Positions 6,802 to 15,512 of a stretch of 33,019 bases of DNA are shown one piece after another. The notes under the pieces were generated by a model. That model did no database searches and was not told where the DNA came from. It saw nothing but the letters and a program-made list of their open reading frames with translations. Numbering within the stretch: position 1 is the stretch's first letter; each line of letters opens with the position of its first letter. A program made the translations under genes and the position numbers. Origin of the DNA: a virus (Duplodnaviria > Caudoviricetes); IMG/VR virus record IMGVR_UViG_3300048504_000667, positions 1 to 33,019 of that record. One strand, given 5' to 3'.

Positions 6802-8298
6802 ATGAGCACAAGAAATTTTAAATCGAGCGGCCCAATTAGCATGAATGAAATAAAAATATTCATTGATGGAGATAATCTTGGGACTAGTCATTCGGATATA
6901 AAACTAGGAACAATGTTTTCCGAGGCTCAATCTTTGACCCCGCAGCCCGCGGTACTTCCAAATGGTAATTCTGCTGCGCCTCACGCGATGAGCGAATTTT
7001 ATGACGCATCTATACTAACGTCTAGCATTCAAATTACAAGCATAGAAGAAGTATTAGGTATAAATAGTACAAATATTAAAGAGGCTTGCGAAACATTAAT
7101 AGCCAACCCAGGAGTTATGTCTGCAGGTCCACTTTTTGGGCCGGATAATGCAAGATATAATGTTCCAGGTGCTTATGAGATCGTTCTTGCTCCTGGTTAC
7201 AGAATCAAAGGAGATATTGGAGAACAATGGACTCGCAGCAGAAGATATGTTATTGATGTGGATACTTCTGGATTTGTTTACAACAGGCACTTTAGATATC
7301 AATTTAGAAATGAACGAAGTGATGCTGCATATGGAGTCCAAAATTCAACTTTGTATGGCTTGAGTACAGCTTCATCAATAGATCCTTACGAACAATATGT
7401 CAATAATTGGTCTGATTTACTATCAGCCTGGAACAGTGTTGCTGCAAGCGAAGTAAGATCAAAAAGTGCTTGGGGAGAAGATCATTGGAGAATCTTTGGA
7501 AGAGGTGAAAATAGAGGGACTAATTTTCCGTGGGAAAATTTTATAGAAATTGAAGAGAATACTACTGGATTTACAGCTGGAACCGTACTAGAATTTAATC
7601 ACCCTGTTCGATGGGGAAATGTTGGAGCAAATGTTGCGCAAAGAAATTTTAATTATACTTTGCCTCGTGATATGGAATCTGTTACAATAATTGGTGGTGG
7701 TGGTGGTGGTGGAGCTAGTAACAGTCAGGGAGATGGAGGCTCTGGATCAGGTGGTGATTCCGGAGGTTTTAGGTTTGCTTTGAGCTTAACTAAGAATAGC
7801 GGTGAAGTTGCAAGAATAAGGGTTGGTCCCGGTGGCGTTGGGGCATCTTTTTGGTTTAATGGTCCACTTGCAATTCACCCTAATGCCCAGGCCACAGATA
7901 ATATAGGGAATACTTTATGGAATAATTTTTATTCTTTTGGTTTTGGCGGAAGAGGATTGAATTCTGCAATTCAATTTGGGTCTGCTAGCGAGATAGTTTC
8001 TACTGGTGGTGGAGGAGGAATTTCTGCTTTTAATGGATCAACCGTCGGAACACCCGTTATCATGGAAAATATTGGCCCAGGAACTCCAGATGGACAAGCA
8101 GGTGGAGTTCCGCCTCATGATAGCGACCAGACTCAACAAGGAGGAGATACTGGAGCTGTAAATAATATTGGTGATGGAGGACTCGGAATTTGGGCACAAA
8201 ATTTTTATGGATTTGGTCATCAAAGTGGGACCTATGGAAACGCTTCTCTAGGAAACACATCGGGATCTGATGGAGCAGTTTGGATAATATTATCGTAA
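6802..8298 (+). CDS. Glycine-rich putative tail fibre/virion protein
   Basis: N-terminal SSGPISMNEI...MSEFY motif typical of fibre proteins; IIGGGGGGG...GGDSGG and VGPGGVG glycine-rich domain. Confidence 0.7.
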   Translation: MSTRNFKSSGPISMNEIKIFIDGDNLGTSHSDIKLGTMFSEAQSLTPQPAVLPNGNSAAPHAMSEFYDASILTSSIQITSIEEVLGINSTNIKEACETLIANPGVMSAGPLFGPDNARYNVPGAYEIVLAPGYRIKGDIGEQWTRSRRYVIDVDTSGFVYNRHFRYQFRNERSDAAYGVQNSTLYGLSTASSIDPYEQYVNNWSDLLSAWNSVAASEVRSKSAWGEDHWRIFGRGENRGTNFPWENFIEIEENTTGFTAGTVLEFNHPVRWGNVGANVAQRNFNYTLPRDMESVTIIGGGGGGGASNSQGDGGSGSGGDSGGFRFALSLTKNSGEVARIRVGPGGVGASFWFNGPLAIHPNAQATDNIGNTLWNNFYSFGFGGRGLNSAIQFGSASEIVSTGGGGGISAFNGSTVGTPVIMENIGPGTPDGQAGGVPPHDSDQTQQGGDTGAVNNIGDGGLGIWAQNFYGFGHQSGTYGNASLGNTSGSDGAVWIILS

Positions 8299-8507
8299 TG
8301 AGTGAAAACAAAATAAAAATATACAATAAAGAAAAATTGATTCGTAAAGATTTGGGGTTAGAAAAAATTATGCCAGATAAATGGCCACTAATAAAAGTAG
8401 GAATTGACGAAATTCAAGTTAATGAGGATATAGTTACTGTAACTTATGATTATATAGAAACTTTTATATACAAAATTTCAGAACAAAAAAATATTAAATC
8501 ATCTTAA
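8298..8507 (+). CDS. Hypothetical protein (likely start MSENK at 8298)
   Basis: TAATG stop/start overlap with the upstream gene. Confidence 0.6.
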   Translation: MSENKIKIYNKEKLIRKDLGLEKIMPDKWPLIKVGIDEIQVNEDIVTVTYDYIETFIYKISEQKNIKSS

Positions 8508-8549
8508 TTATACAACTTTAACCAGTGAAGCGCTCAGCGGAAAAATGCC

Positions 8550-8639
8550 ATGATTTTGATTATAGAGTCTTGCTTGACTGAACCTCCTAGCGAAATAACA
8601 TGTTTTCGCGATGTTACATTATTGAATAAATTACACTAG
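8550..8639 (+). pseudogene. Truncated duplicate of the 5' end of gene 10482..10796 (MILIIESCLTEPPSEITCFRDVTLLNKLH*)
   Basis: 8550-8633 aligns ungapped with 10482-10565, 10 mismatches in 84 nt. Confidence 0.85.
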
Positions 8640-8667
8640 ATGCCAAAAAAACGGTGTATACATAATT

Positions 8668-10164
8668 ATGTCAAATTATAGTCTACAAGAAGTATCGACC
8701 CGAATAGATGATATTCAAAATAATCCCGAAAAAGCAACTAGTCAAGAGATTACCAATGTTTTAAGTTTAGAAGACGGTCAAGGAACAAACCGGGCTATAC
8801 AGGAAAGTGAGGCTGGCATAATTCATGTTAGATTTGGAGATTCTGGAGTTGATATTGACGAGGGACCCAATGATCGAGCTATTTCTAGCTCGGCTGTTGA
8901 TACTTCAGCCAACACAATAACAATAGCTAACCACGGATTTCAAACAAATGATATTGTTAGACTCAAACTTCCAATTAGTGGCGGAGGAGAAATTCCTGGA
9001 GGAGTGGTTTCGGGTCAAGATTATTATGCTCATGTTGTCGATTCAAGCACAATAAAACTTAAAACAAGCACAAGCGCTTCTTCTTTTTTAAATCTCACTA
9101 GCCAGGGCTCTGGCATTTTTTTAGTTTGCAGAAATATTTTTGTAGCTTTTGATATGTATGAACATTCAACTGTTAGCCCGGGCTCTTATGTTCTCGCTGT
9201 AAATTTTAGATGGAAATATGGAACTCAAGCATATAGATGGTTGGCAAAATATACAAACATTAGAAGAGTTGCTTTTTTGTGCGGCTTAGGCACAGACTCC
9301 ACCCAATTTTTTTACTGGAATAAAGACAGTGCTGATCCGCCGGGCCCATCAGCTGGTGGAGGCTCTGAGTGGGAAGCTTTTGATGAAGTTAGTTTTTATG
9401 GCAAACTAGTTCCTAGAGCCAACACATTTTCAACTAGCCTCGGTAGAGCGCAGGGTACTCAAACTATAAGTGCAAACGGAAAAACATATCCCGCATCAGG
9501 TGTTGGAATGTCTCATGATATCACTGAAGAAGTTGCAAATCCGGGTTGGGGAAATTGGAGAAATTATGTATTTATGCCTCACGATCGAGCTAGAATGATT
9601 GTTATTTCGAATCCTAACAGAGGTATTGTATGGTGGTTTAGATATCCGCAAAAAGTTTATTTTTATAATATTTGGCTAGATTTTCAGCTTGCGGCAGATC
9701 AATATATCGCAGCTCTTATTCGAACAGGGCCTCAGGTTTTAACAATGATTAATGTTGCTATGTATACCTGGAGCGCAGATTCCACGGGAGATTCTGGCCG
9801 AGGTAGCCCGCTTGGTCCTTATGTTATGCTTGAGCTAACTCGACAAACAGATTGTAATATACTCGGCAACCTATTAATGGCTTATGGACGAAGCGGAGAA
9901 GATCCTGGCTTTATTGGTGTTGCAAATGGAGCAAAATGTACCCTTGACCCTTTAAATCAAACTATTAATGTATCATTATGGAAACCTGGTTCCGCAGTTA
10001 CCAACTACTGGGAAGTTGCCTGGACCATGACAGGTCGTCGATGCATGGTATTTAATTATTATCATTATTATCTTAGACACGGCAGCGGTACTTTTGCGGC
10101 TAGTTCTGGCGCAATCGGCACCACAGATCAAGCCGCAAACAATGTAGTTAGATATACAACATAA
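8668..10164 (+). CDS. Putative virion/tail-associated protein
   Basis: NTITIANHGFQTNDIV...GQDYY...DSSTIKL beta-module common in phage structural proteins; GTGTA 9 nt upstream. Confidence 0.65.
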   Translation: MSNYSLQEVSTRIDDIQNNPEKATSQEITNVLSLEDGQGTNRAIQESEAGIIHVRFGDSGVDIDEGPNDRAISSSAVDTSANTITIANHGFQTNDIVRLKLPISGGGEIPGGVVSGQDYYAHVVDSSTIKLKTSTSASSFLNLTSQGSGIFLVCRNIFVAFDMYEHSTVSPGSYVLAVNFRWKYGTQAYRWLAKYTNIRRVAFLCGLGTDSTQFFYWNKDSADPPGPSAGGGSEWEAFDEVSFYGKLVPRANTFSTSLGRAQGTQTISANGKTYPASGVGMSHDITEEVANPGWGNWRNYVFMPHDRARMIVISNPNRGIVWWFRYPQKVYFYNIWLDFQLAADQYIAALIRTGPQVLTMINVAMYTWSADSTGDSGRGSPLGPYVMLELTRQTDCNILGNLLMAYGRSGEDPGFIGVANGAKCTLDPLNQTINVSLWKPGSAVTNYWEVAWTMTGRRCMVFNYYHYYLRHGSGTFAASSGAIGTTDQAANNVVRYTT

Positions 10165-10168
10165 AACA

Positions 10169-10369
10169 ATGAAAAACGAAAATAGTCCACGTAATTTTGA
10201 TGAATCTAAATATGATGATGCTTTACTTAAAGTGGAGCAAGAAGGCGGCCCTATGGAGCCAGAGTCAGCACCGGATCTAAGCAAAATCGATGATTCAAAG
10301 AAATTTAAAACAAAAATATTTGTTAATAAAGACATGCTAGAGCGTTTATTGCCTCTTCAGGGTGAGTAA
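10169..10369 (+). CDS. Hypothetical protein (66 aa)
   Basis: Starts 4 nt after the upstream stop. Confidence 0.6.
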   Translation: MKNENSPRNFDESKYDDALLKVEQEGGPMEPESAPDLSKIDDSKKFKTKIFVNKDMLERLLPLQGE

Positions 10370-10481
10370 TCTAGGCCCTATTGGGAAATGGGGACCCTTG
10401 AGTCCCGAGGGAGACCCAATTAATATTCCTGGCATTGAGTAATATTTTAATTTATATAAATATTTTCGTGTAATTTTTTAC

Positions 10482-10796
10482 ATGATTTTGATTATAGAGT
10501 CTTGCTTAAGCGAACCGCCCAGCGAAATCTCGTGTTTTCGCGATGTTACATTATTTAGTAAATTATTTATTTTTGATGATATTTTACTTGAATGTAAACC
10601 TGGCACTCGTGCGATATACTGGAATTGGTTAAAATCTCATGGTGCACATGATTTTATTTCCCAATTAGTTCTTGATAGCGAAAAGCAGCGTGGATATACA
10701 ATAAAAACCACAAATGATGCGAATTGCAAAGTTGATCGTATAAACTATAAAAATTTAAACGATATAATTTATAAGTTAAAAAAACTTAAGGGTTAG
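10482..10796 (+). CDS. Hypothetical protein (104 aa)
   Basis: GTGTA 9 nt upstream; the duplicate copy differs mostly by synonymous or conservative changes, supporting coding status. Confidence 0.8.
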   Translation: MILIIESCLSEPPSEISCFRDVTLFSKLFIFDDILLECKPGTRAIYWNWLKSHGAHDFISQLVLDSEKQRGYTIKTTNDANCKVDRINYKNLNDIIYKLKKLKG

Positions 10797-11080
10797 CTTG
10801 CGACGTTGGGCTCCATACCCTTCGCTTCTTCAACTTCTTTGTTGATTTGTTCGTCACTCATGCCCTCTAATTCTTTTTTTGCTTGTTCAATGACTTGTTG
10901 TTGGACCAAATTAATTAATTGTCCAAGGGGAACGAGCGAGAATGCTTCAGCTAAATTTACATTACCGAGCATTTTATTTGCTAAATGAGTAATTGCAATA
11001 TTCTGATCTGGAGTATATTGCTTTTCTTCGGCGGCGTTATTTGTTTCTTCTTGTTTTTGTTCTGTTGTTGCTGTTGTCAT
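10793..11080 (-). CDS. Hypothetical acidic helical protein (95 aa)
   Basis: ORF; TATACT 7 nt before ATG. Confidence 0.7.
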   Translation of the reverse strand: MTTATTEQKQEETNNAAEEKQYTPDQNIAITHLANKMLGNVNLAEAFSLVPLGQLINLVQQQVIEQAKKELEGMSDEQINKEVEEAKGMEPNVAS

Positions 11081-11108
11081 ATATTATAGTATAAGTTATA
11101 TTTGAAAA

Positions 11109-11507
11109 TTAAAGTGGTTTTTGAGGAAGATTTATTTTTTTTAAATTTAAATTTCCATGTTCATCAATTTCTGGAGCTTCTGTTTTTGGAAGGTCTCTAA
11201 GTTTTTGTCTATATTCCTTCCATTCTTTGGGGACAGGCTCTTGTTTTTCGATCGACTTAACTACTACCCAGTCGGATTCAGATAAAACTTGATCTCTCAA
11301 ACTTCGTAATTTTTTAAAAGGAACTATGTTTGATTTGCACTCTTCAATGGCCTGTTCAATTTGTTCTTGGGTTGGTTTTTCTCGTCCGTTTAGGTTCGTC
11401 CACTTGATTTGTTCGATTAAGTTTTTTTCGGATCCATCTGGGCATAATGTCCAGCGCGCTCCAGGAACGAGTAGTTCAATTGCGTCGAATATAAAATTAT
11501 TTTGCAT
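11109..11507 (-). CDS. Tail fibre assembly chaperone-like protein
   Basis: AIELLVPGARW N-terminus; LRSLRDQVLSESDW...WKEYRQKLRDLP signature. Confidence 0.8.
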   Translation of the reverse strand: MQNNFIFDAIELLVPGARWTLCPDGSEKNLIEQIKWTNLNGREKPTQEQIEQAIEECKSNIVPFKKLRSLRDQVLSESDWVVVKSIEKQEPVPKEWKEYRQKLRDLPKTEAPEIDEHGNLNLKKINLPQKPL

Positions 11508-12039
11508 AACCTATGACATGATATTGATATGAGCTAGAATGCCCAGCATCTCCAGCTGGATCATGGATTTTCATTTGCAGATATCTGTCTCCATTTGAAT
11601 CTGTTACTACTGGAACGATTGCAAAACTACCCATGGTTTGAGACTTGTCTGAATTGTTTTGAAATACTCTATGGGCGAGCCCTCCGTTATTTACTGGGTT
11701 GCTTACATAATTTGGAAATGCGTAGCATGCATGCGCGGGATAAGCATTTCCCTGATGATAAATACCCAATAAGATATTATCTTCTCCACTATAATTGTTG
11801 TTTCCTGCGCCGTTAAATCGCGCGGCTAGATTTAGATTGACGCCCACAGTAGTAGTTCCAGATGCAATCAAATTATTGGAAAACCCAAAAGGTCCAAAAG
11901 TAGTTGAGGTTATTATTTTAATCCCGCTTATGTTTTGAAGCTGGGTTGTTGCCGAATTTGATTCGACAACCAATTCATTTATTTTTGATGCAATCTCAGA
12001 ACTCTTAATTTTATCAGTATTTAAATTACTTATTGTCAT
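11497..12039 (-). CDS. Short tail-fibre-like protein
   Basis: KINEL N-terminal motif, beta-rich, coupled to the chaperone gene. Confidence 0.55.
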   Translation of the reverse strand: MTISNLNTDKIKSSEIASKINELVVESNSATTQLQNISGIKIITSTTFGPFGFSNNLIASGTTTVGVNLNLAARFNGAGNNNYSGEDNILLGIYHQGNAYPAHACYAFPNYVSNPVNNGGLAHRVFQNNSDKSQTMGSFAIVPVVTDSNGDRYLQMKIHDPAGDAGHSSSYQYHVIGYAK

Positions 12040-12263
12040 TGAAAATTAAAGTATTTTTGCGGCGTATTATATTTTTGTTTGTTTAATACTTCATTATCTT
12101 CTTGAAGCGTAGCGTTTATTACTATATTTTGAAATATTAATTGTTGTTCTAATCTTTGTATTTCCTTTTGTTGGTTATGTATTAATCCCCTTTGATCCCA
12201 TGCAAACCAACCTAAATAAAACAACAACAACAAAACACTAACTTTTCCCAGGTGATCATTCAT
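12036..12263 (-). CDS. Small membrane protein (N-terminal TM plus coiled coil)
   Basis: VSVLLLLFYLGWFAW; QQKEIQRLEQQL; TATAAT 6 nt before ATG; ATGA overlap with the next gene. Confidence 0.65.
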   Translation of the reverse strand: MNDHLGKVSVLLLLFYLGWFAWDQRGLIHNQQKEIQRLEQQLIFQNIVINATLQEDNEVLNKQKYNTPQKYFNFQ

Positions 12264-12428
12264 TTCTTTATTATAATGTAATATACAATGTTTTCTAATA
12301 TGTTGAGGTTAATTTTATATAATATTTTATAGAATATAACGGTGTTAAAATTTATTATACAATAATAGAATGCAGAGAGTTTCTGCAGAAATATTTTATT
12401 TAATTAAAAATAGTGTATATATAGTCTC

Positions 12429-12989
12429 ATGTCAAACAAACAAATTAAGGATTTAACTTCAATAGGGTCTAATATCGATGCCGCAACAGATATGTTGTTA
12501 GTGCAAAAAGCTGATGGCTCTACATATAAAGTAACTATAGACCAAATCGTAAACTCTAGCGCAAAAGTAAGTTATGGAAGCGCACTTGGGCCTCCGCAGA
12601 CGTTTACTGAAAAAATTACTACCGGAGCAACAAAAACGATATCGAGAGCGAATTTATTTGCCACAAACTCGGTCGGAATTTTTACAATAAAGTCTTCCGG
12701 AACAGTTAATTGGCGAACATCCTTGAACACAATAGATCTGACTATAGTAAAAACGGCAGGACTTAATTCAGTAACAGTAAATGGTGCCGTATTACAAGTT
12801 GGCGGACAAATAACCGTAAACGTTGGCAATTACCGAGGGAAAATTGGCGCGAAAACATTTGGAACTCTATTCTCAAAATTAAAAATAAGCATAACTAAAG
12901 ATTCTTTAATTATTGATCCAAGTCCAGCCATAATTCCTGGAGGGTCATTCTTGGCTGATATATCCGGACAAGCCAGTATAGCTCCTTAA
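12429..12989 (+). CDS. Putative virion fibre-type protein
   Basis: KQIKDLT...DMLLVQ..GSTYKVT N-terminal motif; GTGTA 11 nt upstream. Confidence 0.6.
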   Translation: MSNKQIKDLTSIGSNIDAATDMLLVQKADGSTYKVTIDQIVNSSAKVSYGSALGPPQTFTEKITTGATKTISRANLFATNSVGIFTIKSSGTVNWRTSLNTIDLTIVKTAGLNSVTVNGAVLQVGGQITVNVGNYRGKIGAKTFGTLFSKLKISITKDSLIIDPSPAIIPGGSFLADISGQASIAP

Positions 12990-12999
12990 AAATATAATC

Positions 13000-13028
13000 T
13001 TGACTTGTCTCGCAATATATGAGATAAT
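13000..13028 (+). promoter_or_regulatory. sigma70-type leaderless promoter of the M64 gene
   Basis: TTGACT, 17 bp, GATAAT with TGn extension, 6 nt, ATG 13035. Confidence 0.75.
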
Positions 13029-13034
13029 TCATAG

Positions 13035-14555
13035 ATGAGATATTATTTACTACTTATATTTTTTTATTTTAATTTATTTGCAACTTCTTATGAAACGATT
13101 CATAATAGTGGGTCGTCTGATAATAGATTAGACCTAGTTTTCATCGGAGATCGATATTTCGCTGATGAGATGGTTAATTATGAAAAAGATGTTGAAACCA
13201 TATGGTCGGGAATGCAGAATAACTACGCCTTCTGGAATAGGTATCAAAATTTTGTTAATATTCATAGAGTAGACCTTGTTAGCGCTTTAAATAACCCCGA
13301 AGATATTAAGGATGTTAATAACTCTGCTTTTGGGCTTGATTTTAATCTTGGATATTGGGATGGCTGGAACGATTGGTTAAAGTGTTTATCAATCACAAAA
13401 GAACTTAACATACAAAACGAATGCACTACCATTTTAACGAATAGGGTTTTTGGGCTCGGTACAGCCCTCGACAGAAGCTCGACAAGCTTAATCTATGCAG
13501 CACCATGGACAAGTATAGTATCTCACGAAATAGGTCATGTCCTGGGCATGGCAGGGGATGAATACCAAACAACCATACAAGAATATATGTATGACTACGC
13601 ATTTAATATGGCAAGGTCAATAAGCGAAGCAAAACAGAGATGGGGTCACTGGATTGGATACAAAGATTCTTTTCGTGGATATGAAATTAATGAGCCATAC
13701 CAAAAAGAAGGAGCAAATTATTTTAAACCAACCTCGTATGACGGATTAATGAACAACTCAAATACCGGAGATTTTCACGCGGTAAATAGAGAGCAAATTA
13801 TTCTACAGCTTTATAAATATGTTTCTCCAATAGACAGCCATACAGAAACAAACTCTAGCGTAAACAACACTCATACTTTAGAGATTAATGTTGTAGATCC
13901 TAATGTAGTCGATATTGCGTGGATTGTTGATAACAAGATCGTGTCAAGCGAATCAACCCTGCAAATCAGTCAATTAAATCTCTCGCAAGATACATTAATT
14001 TATGGATGCGCGTGGGACAACTCCTTAAATACGGATTACCAAGAAGATGATCGCGGAGGGTGGATCAGAAGCGACGAACATAATCGGACTTTTAGAATAT
14101 TATCTTGGCAATTTAAAACCGATAACTCAATCAAACAAATTCATTCTCAATTAGATAATAAAGATCATCTCTCCTTGATCCTAGGAACGACAATTGCCAA
14201 ACAATATTTTGATCAAGAATTATTGTCTAAATCGACAGGCCCTGACGCAAGTAACGCAAGACTTTCAGGAAACTCCCAAGAAGCTGAAGAAGAGGCCGAG
14301 GAAGTTAAAGCGGTTGAGAAAGAAGTTCCTGAGGATGTTTTCTCGCTTGGATGGCAAAGTACTTGGCTCGGAGACTATTTATCTTTCTCGAATGGGTGGA
14401 TTTATCATACAAAGATTCACTGGATGTATATGCATCCAGACACCAAAGATGGTGCTTGGGGCTACGTCACAAACTATGGATGGATATGGTCAAGCCCCAG
14501 AGTATATCCTTATTTTTACTCCAATAATACTAAAGAGTGGATATATTTTAATTAG
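13035..14555 (+). CDS. Secreted M64-family (IgA peptidase-like) zinc metallopeptidase with Trp-rich C-terminal domain
   Basis: Signal peptide MRYYLLLIFFYFNLFA; G..DNRLDLVFIGD.Y; HEIGH..G..DEY zinc motif. Confidence 0.8.
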   Translation: MRYYLLLIFFYFNLFATSYETIHNSGSSDNRLDLVFIGDRYFADEMVNYEKDVETIWSGMQNNYAFWNRYQNFVNIHRVDLVSALNNPEDIKDVNNSAFGLDFNLGYWDGWNDWLKCLSITKELNIQNECTTILTNRVFGLGTALDRSSTSLIYAAPWTSIVSHEIGHVLGMAGDEYQTTIQEYMYDYAFNMARSISEAKQRWGHWIGYKDSFRGYEINEPYQKEGANYFKPTSYDGLMNNSNTGDFHAVNREQIILQLYKYVSPIDSHTETNSSVNNTHTLEINVVDPNVVDIAWIVDNKIVSSESTLQISQLNLSQDTLIYGCAWDNSLNTDYQEDDRGGWIRSDEHNRTFRILSWQFKTDNSIKQIHSQLDNKDHLSLILGTTIAKQYFDQELLSKSTGPDASNARLSGNSQEAEEEAEEVKAVEKEVPEDVFSLGWQSTWLGDYLSFSNGWIYHTKIHWMYMHPDTKDGAWGYVTNYGWIWSSPRVYPYFYSNNTKEWIYFN

Positions 14556-14745
14556 TATTTTTTTTACTTTTTATTCTTTTAATTTCATCCGGTAATATTT
14601 TAATTACCTTATCTGTTTTATTGTCCATCATTAACTCTGCCGGAGTTGATCCATTTAATTTAGCATTTTCCGACTTAAGCCAGCATGTTGATTGGTAAGA
14701 ATTTAAGTTTTTACTGAGTAATTGTAGTATGGATTTTTGCGACAT
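14548..14745 (-). CDS. Xre/MbcA/ParS C-terminal toxin-binding (DUF2384-like) domain protein
   Basis: WLKSENAKLNGSTPAELM...DKVIKIL matches WL..PN..L.G.TP..L; GTGTA 10 nt before ATG 14745. Confidence 0.65.
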   Translation of the reverse strand: MSQKSILQLLSKNLNSYQSTCWLKSENAKLNGSTPAELMMDNKTDKVIKILPDEIKRIKSKKNTN

Positions 14746-14802
14746 CAACTTATATTACACTAAAATGATTTTTTTTAAAATTTAGAAGGTGTATATATAT
14801 GC

Positions 14803-15237
14803 ATGGGGCCCATCATTAATACAATTATTGGAGCAGGAATAAAGCTTGCCTGCAACCTGATCAATTCTTGGCTAGAGCAAAAAAGGCAAGACCAGTTGGC
14901 TATCGCAGCGAGAGACGACAAGATGCTTCAAGCCTTGATTGATGGGCAAGCAAAAAGCTCGAGCGACCCTTTTGTTAAAGTCACAAGAAGAATATTGTTT
15001 ATGAGCATAACTTTTACGATGTGTTTTCTGATGATATATTACGCAATGAATCCTCACATAGTATATAATATTATTGTCCCCAAGGGAGATGGGGCAAAAT
15101 GGGGGTTCTTTAGTTGGATATTTGGAGGGAAGGAGTGGGAGATGGTTCAAATGACTGGAGGTTTAATGCTTGCATCTTTTATGGATCTTTGTTTTATGGT
15201 TGTGGGTTTTTACGCTATTCCCAGCAAGAGAAGATGA
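14803..15237 (+). CDS. Holin-like membrane protein
   Basis: Hydrophobic segments (ILFMSITFTMCFLMIYY; LMLASFMDLCFMVVGFY), basic C-terminal KRR, context. Confidence 0.55.
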   Translation: MGPIINTIIGAGIKLACNLINSWLEQKRQDQLAIAARDDKMLQALIDGQAKSSSDPFVKVTRRILFMSITFTMCFLMIYYAMNPHIVYNIIVPKGDGAKWGFFSWIFGGKEWEMVQMTGGLMLASFMDLCFMVVGFYAIPSKRR

Positions 15238-15512
15238 GGAGTTTATTTCTCATTACCTTTTTGTTATCTTCCTGTGGAGTTGGCAAGGTTTACGAGATAA
15301 ACCCAATACCTAAGCACGCTATTTCCGCCAAAATCGAGAATGCAGACAAAAATAAAAACATAAAATTTTCAGCTAATAAAAATGAAATATTGGGACCTAA
15401 TAAGTACGATTACAGAGGGCCTACTTTGTGGTTTTCTGTTATTTTGTCTTTCGTACTTCTATTTTCTTCTTTTTTAGCGTACATTCTTAATAAAAAATGG
15501 AAACAGGATTAA
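15234..15512 (+). CDS. Lipoprotein with C-terminal TM, candidate unimolecular spanin (start revised to 15234)
   Basis: MRSLFLITFLLSS|C lipobox; C-terminal LWFSVILSFVLLFSSFLAYIL then NKKWK; ATGA overlap with the holin-like gene. Confidence 0.6.
   Translation: MRSLFLITFLLSSCGVGKVYEINPIPKHAISAKIENADKNKNIKFSANKNEILGPNKYDYRGPTLWFSVILSFVLLFSSFLAYILNKKWKQD

Noticed and set aside
8550-10565. DGR template/variable repeat pair (a C-type lectin gene is nearby)
   Set aside because: Mismatches are not adenine-specific, the repeat is at a gene 5' end rather than in the lectin, and no reverse transcriptase is in the window
12371-12387. Small hairpin TGCAGA-GAGTT-TCTGCA in a divergent intergenic region
   Set aside because: Only a 6-bp stem, no U-tract and no second copy; could be chance
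14194-14595. 133-aa alternative-frame ORF inside the M64 gene
   Set aside because: Overlaps the well-formed Trp-rich domain; no independent start signals
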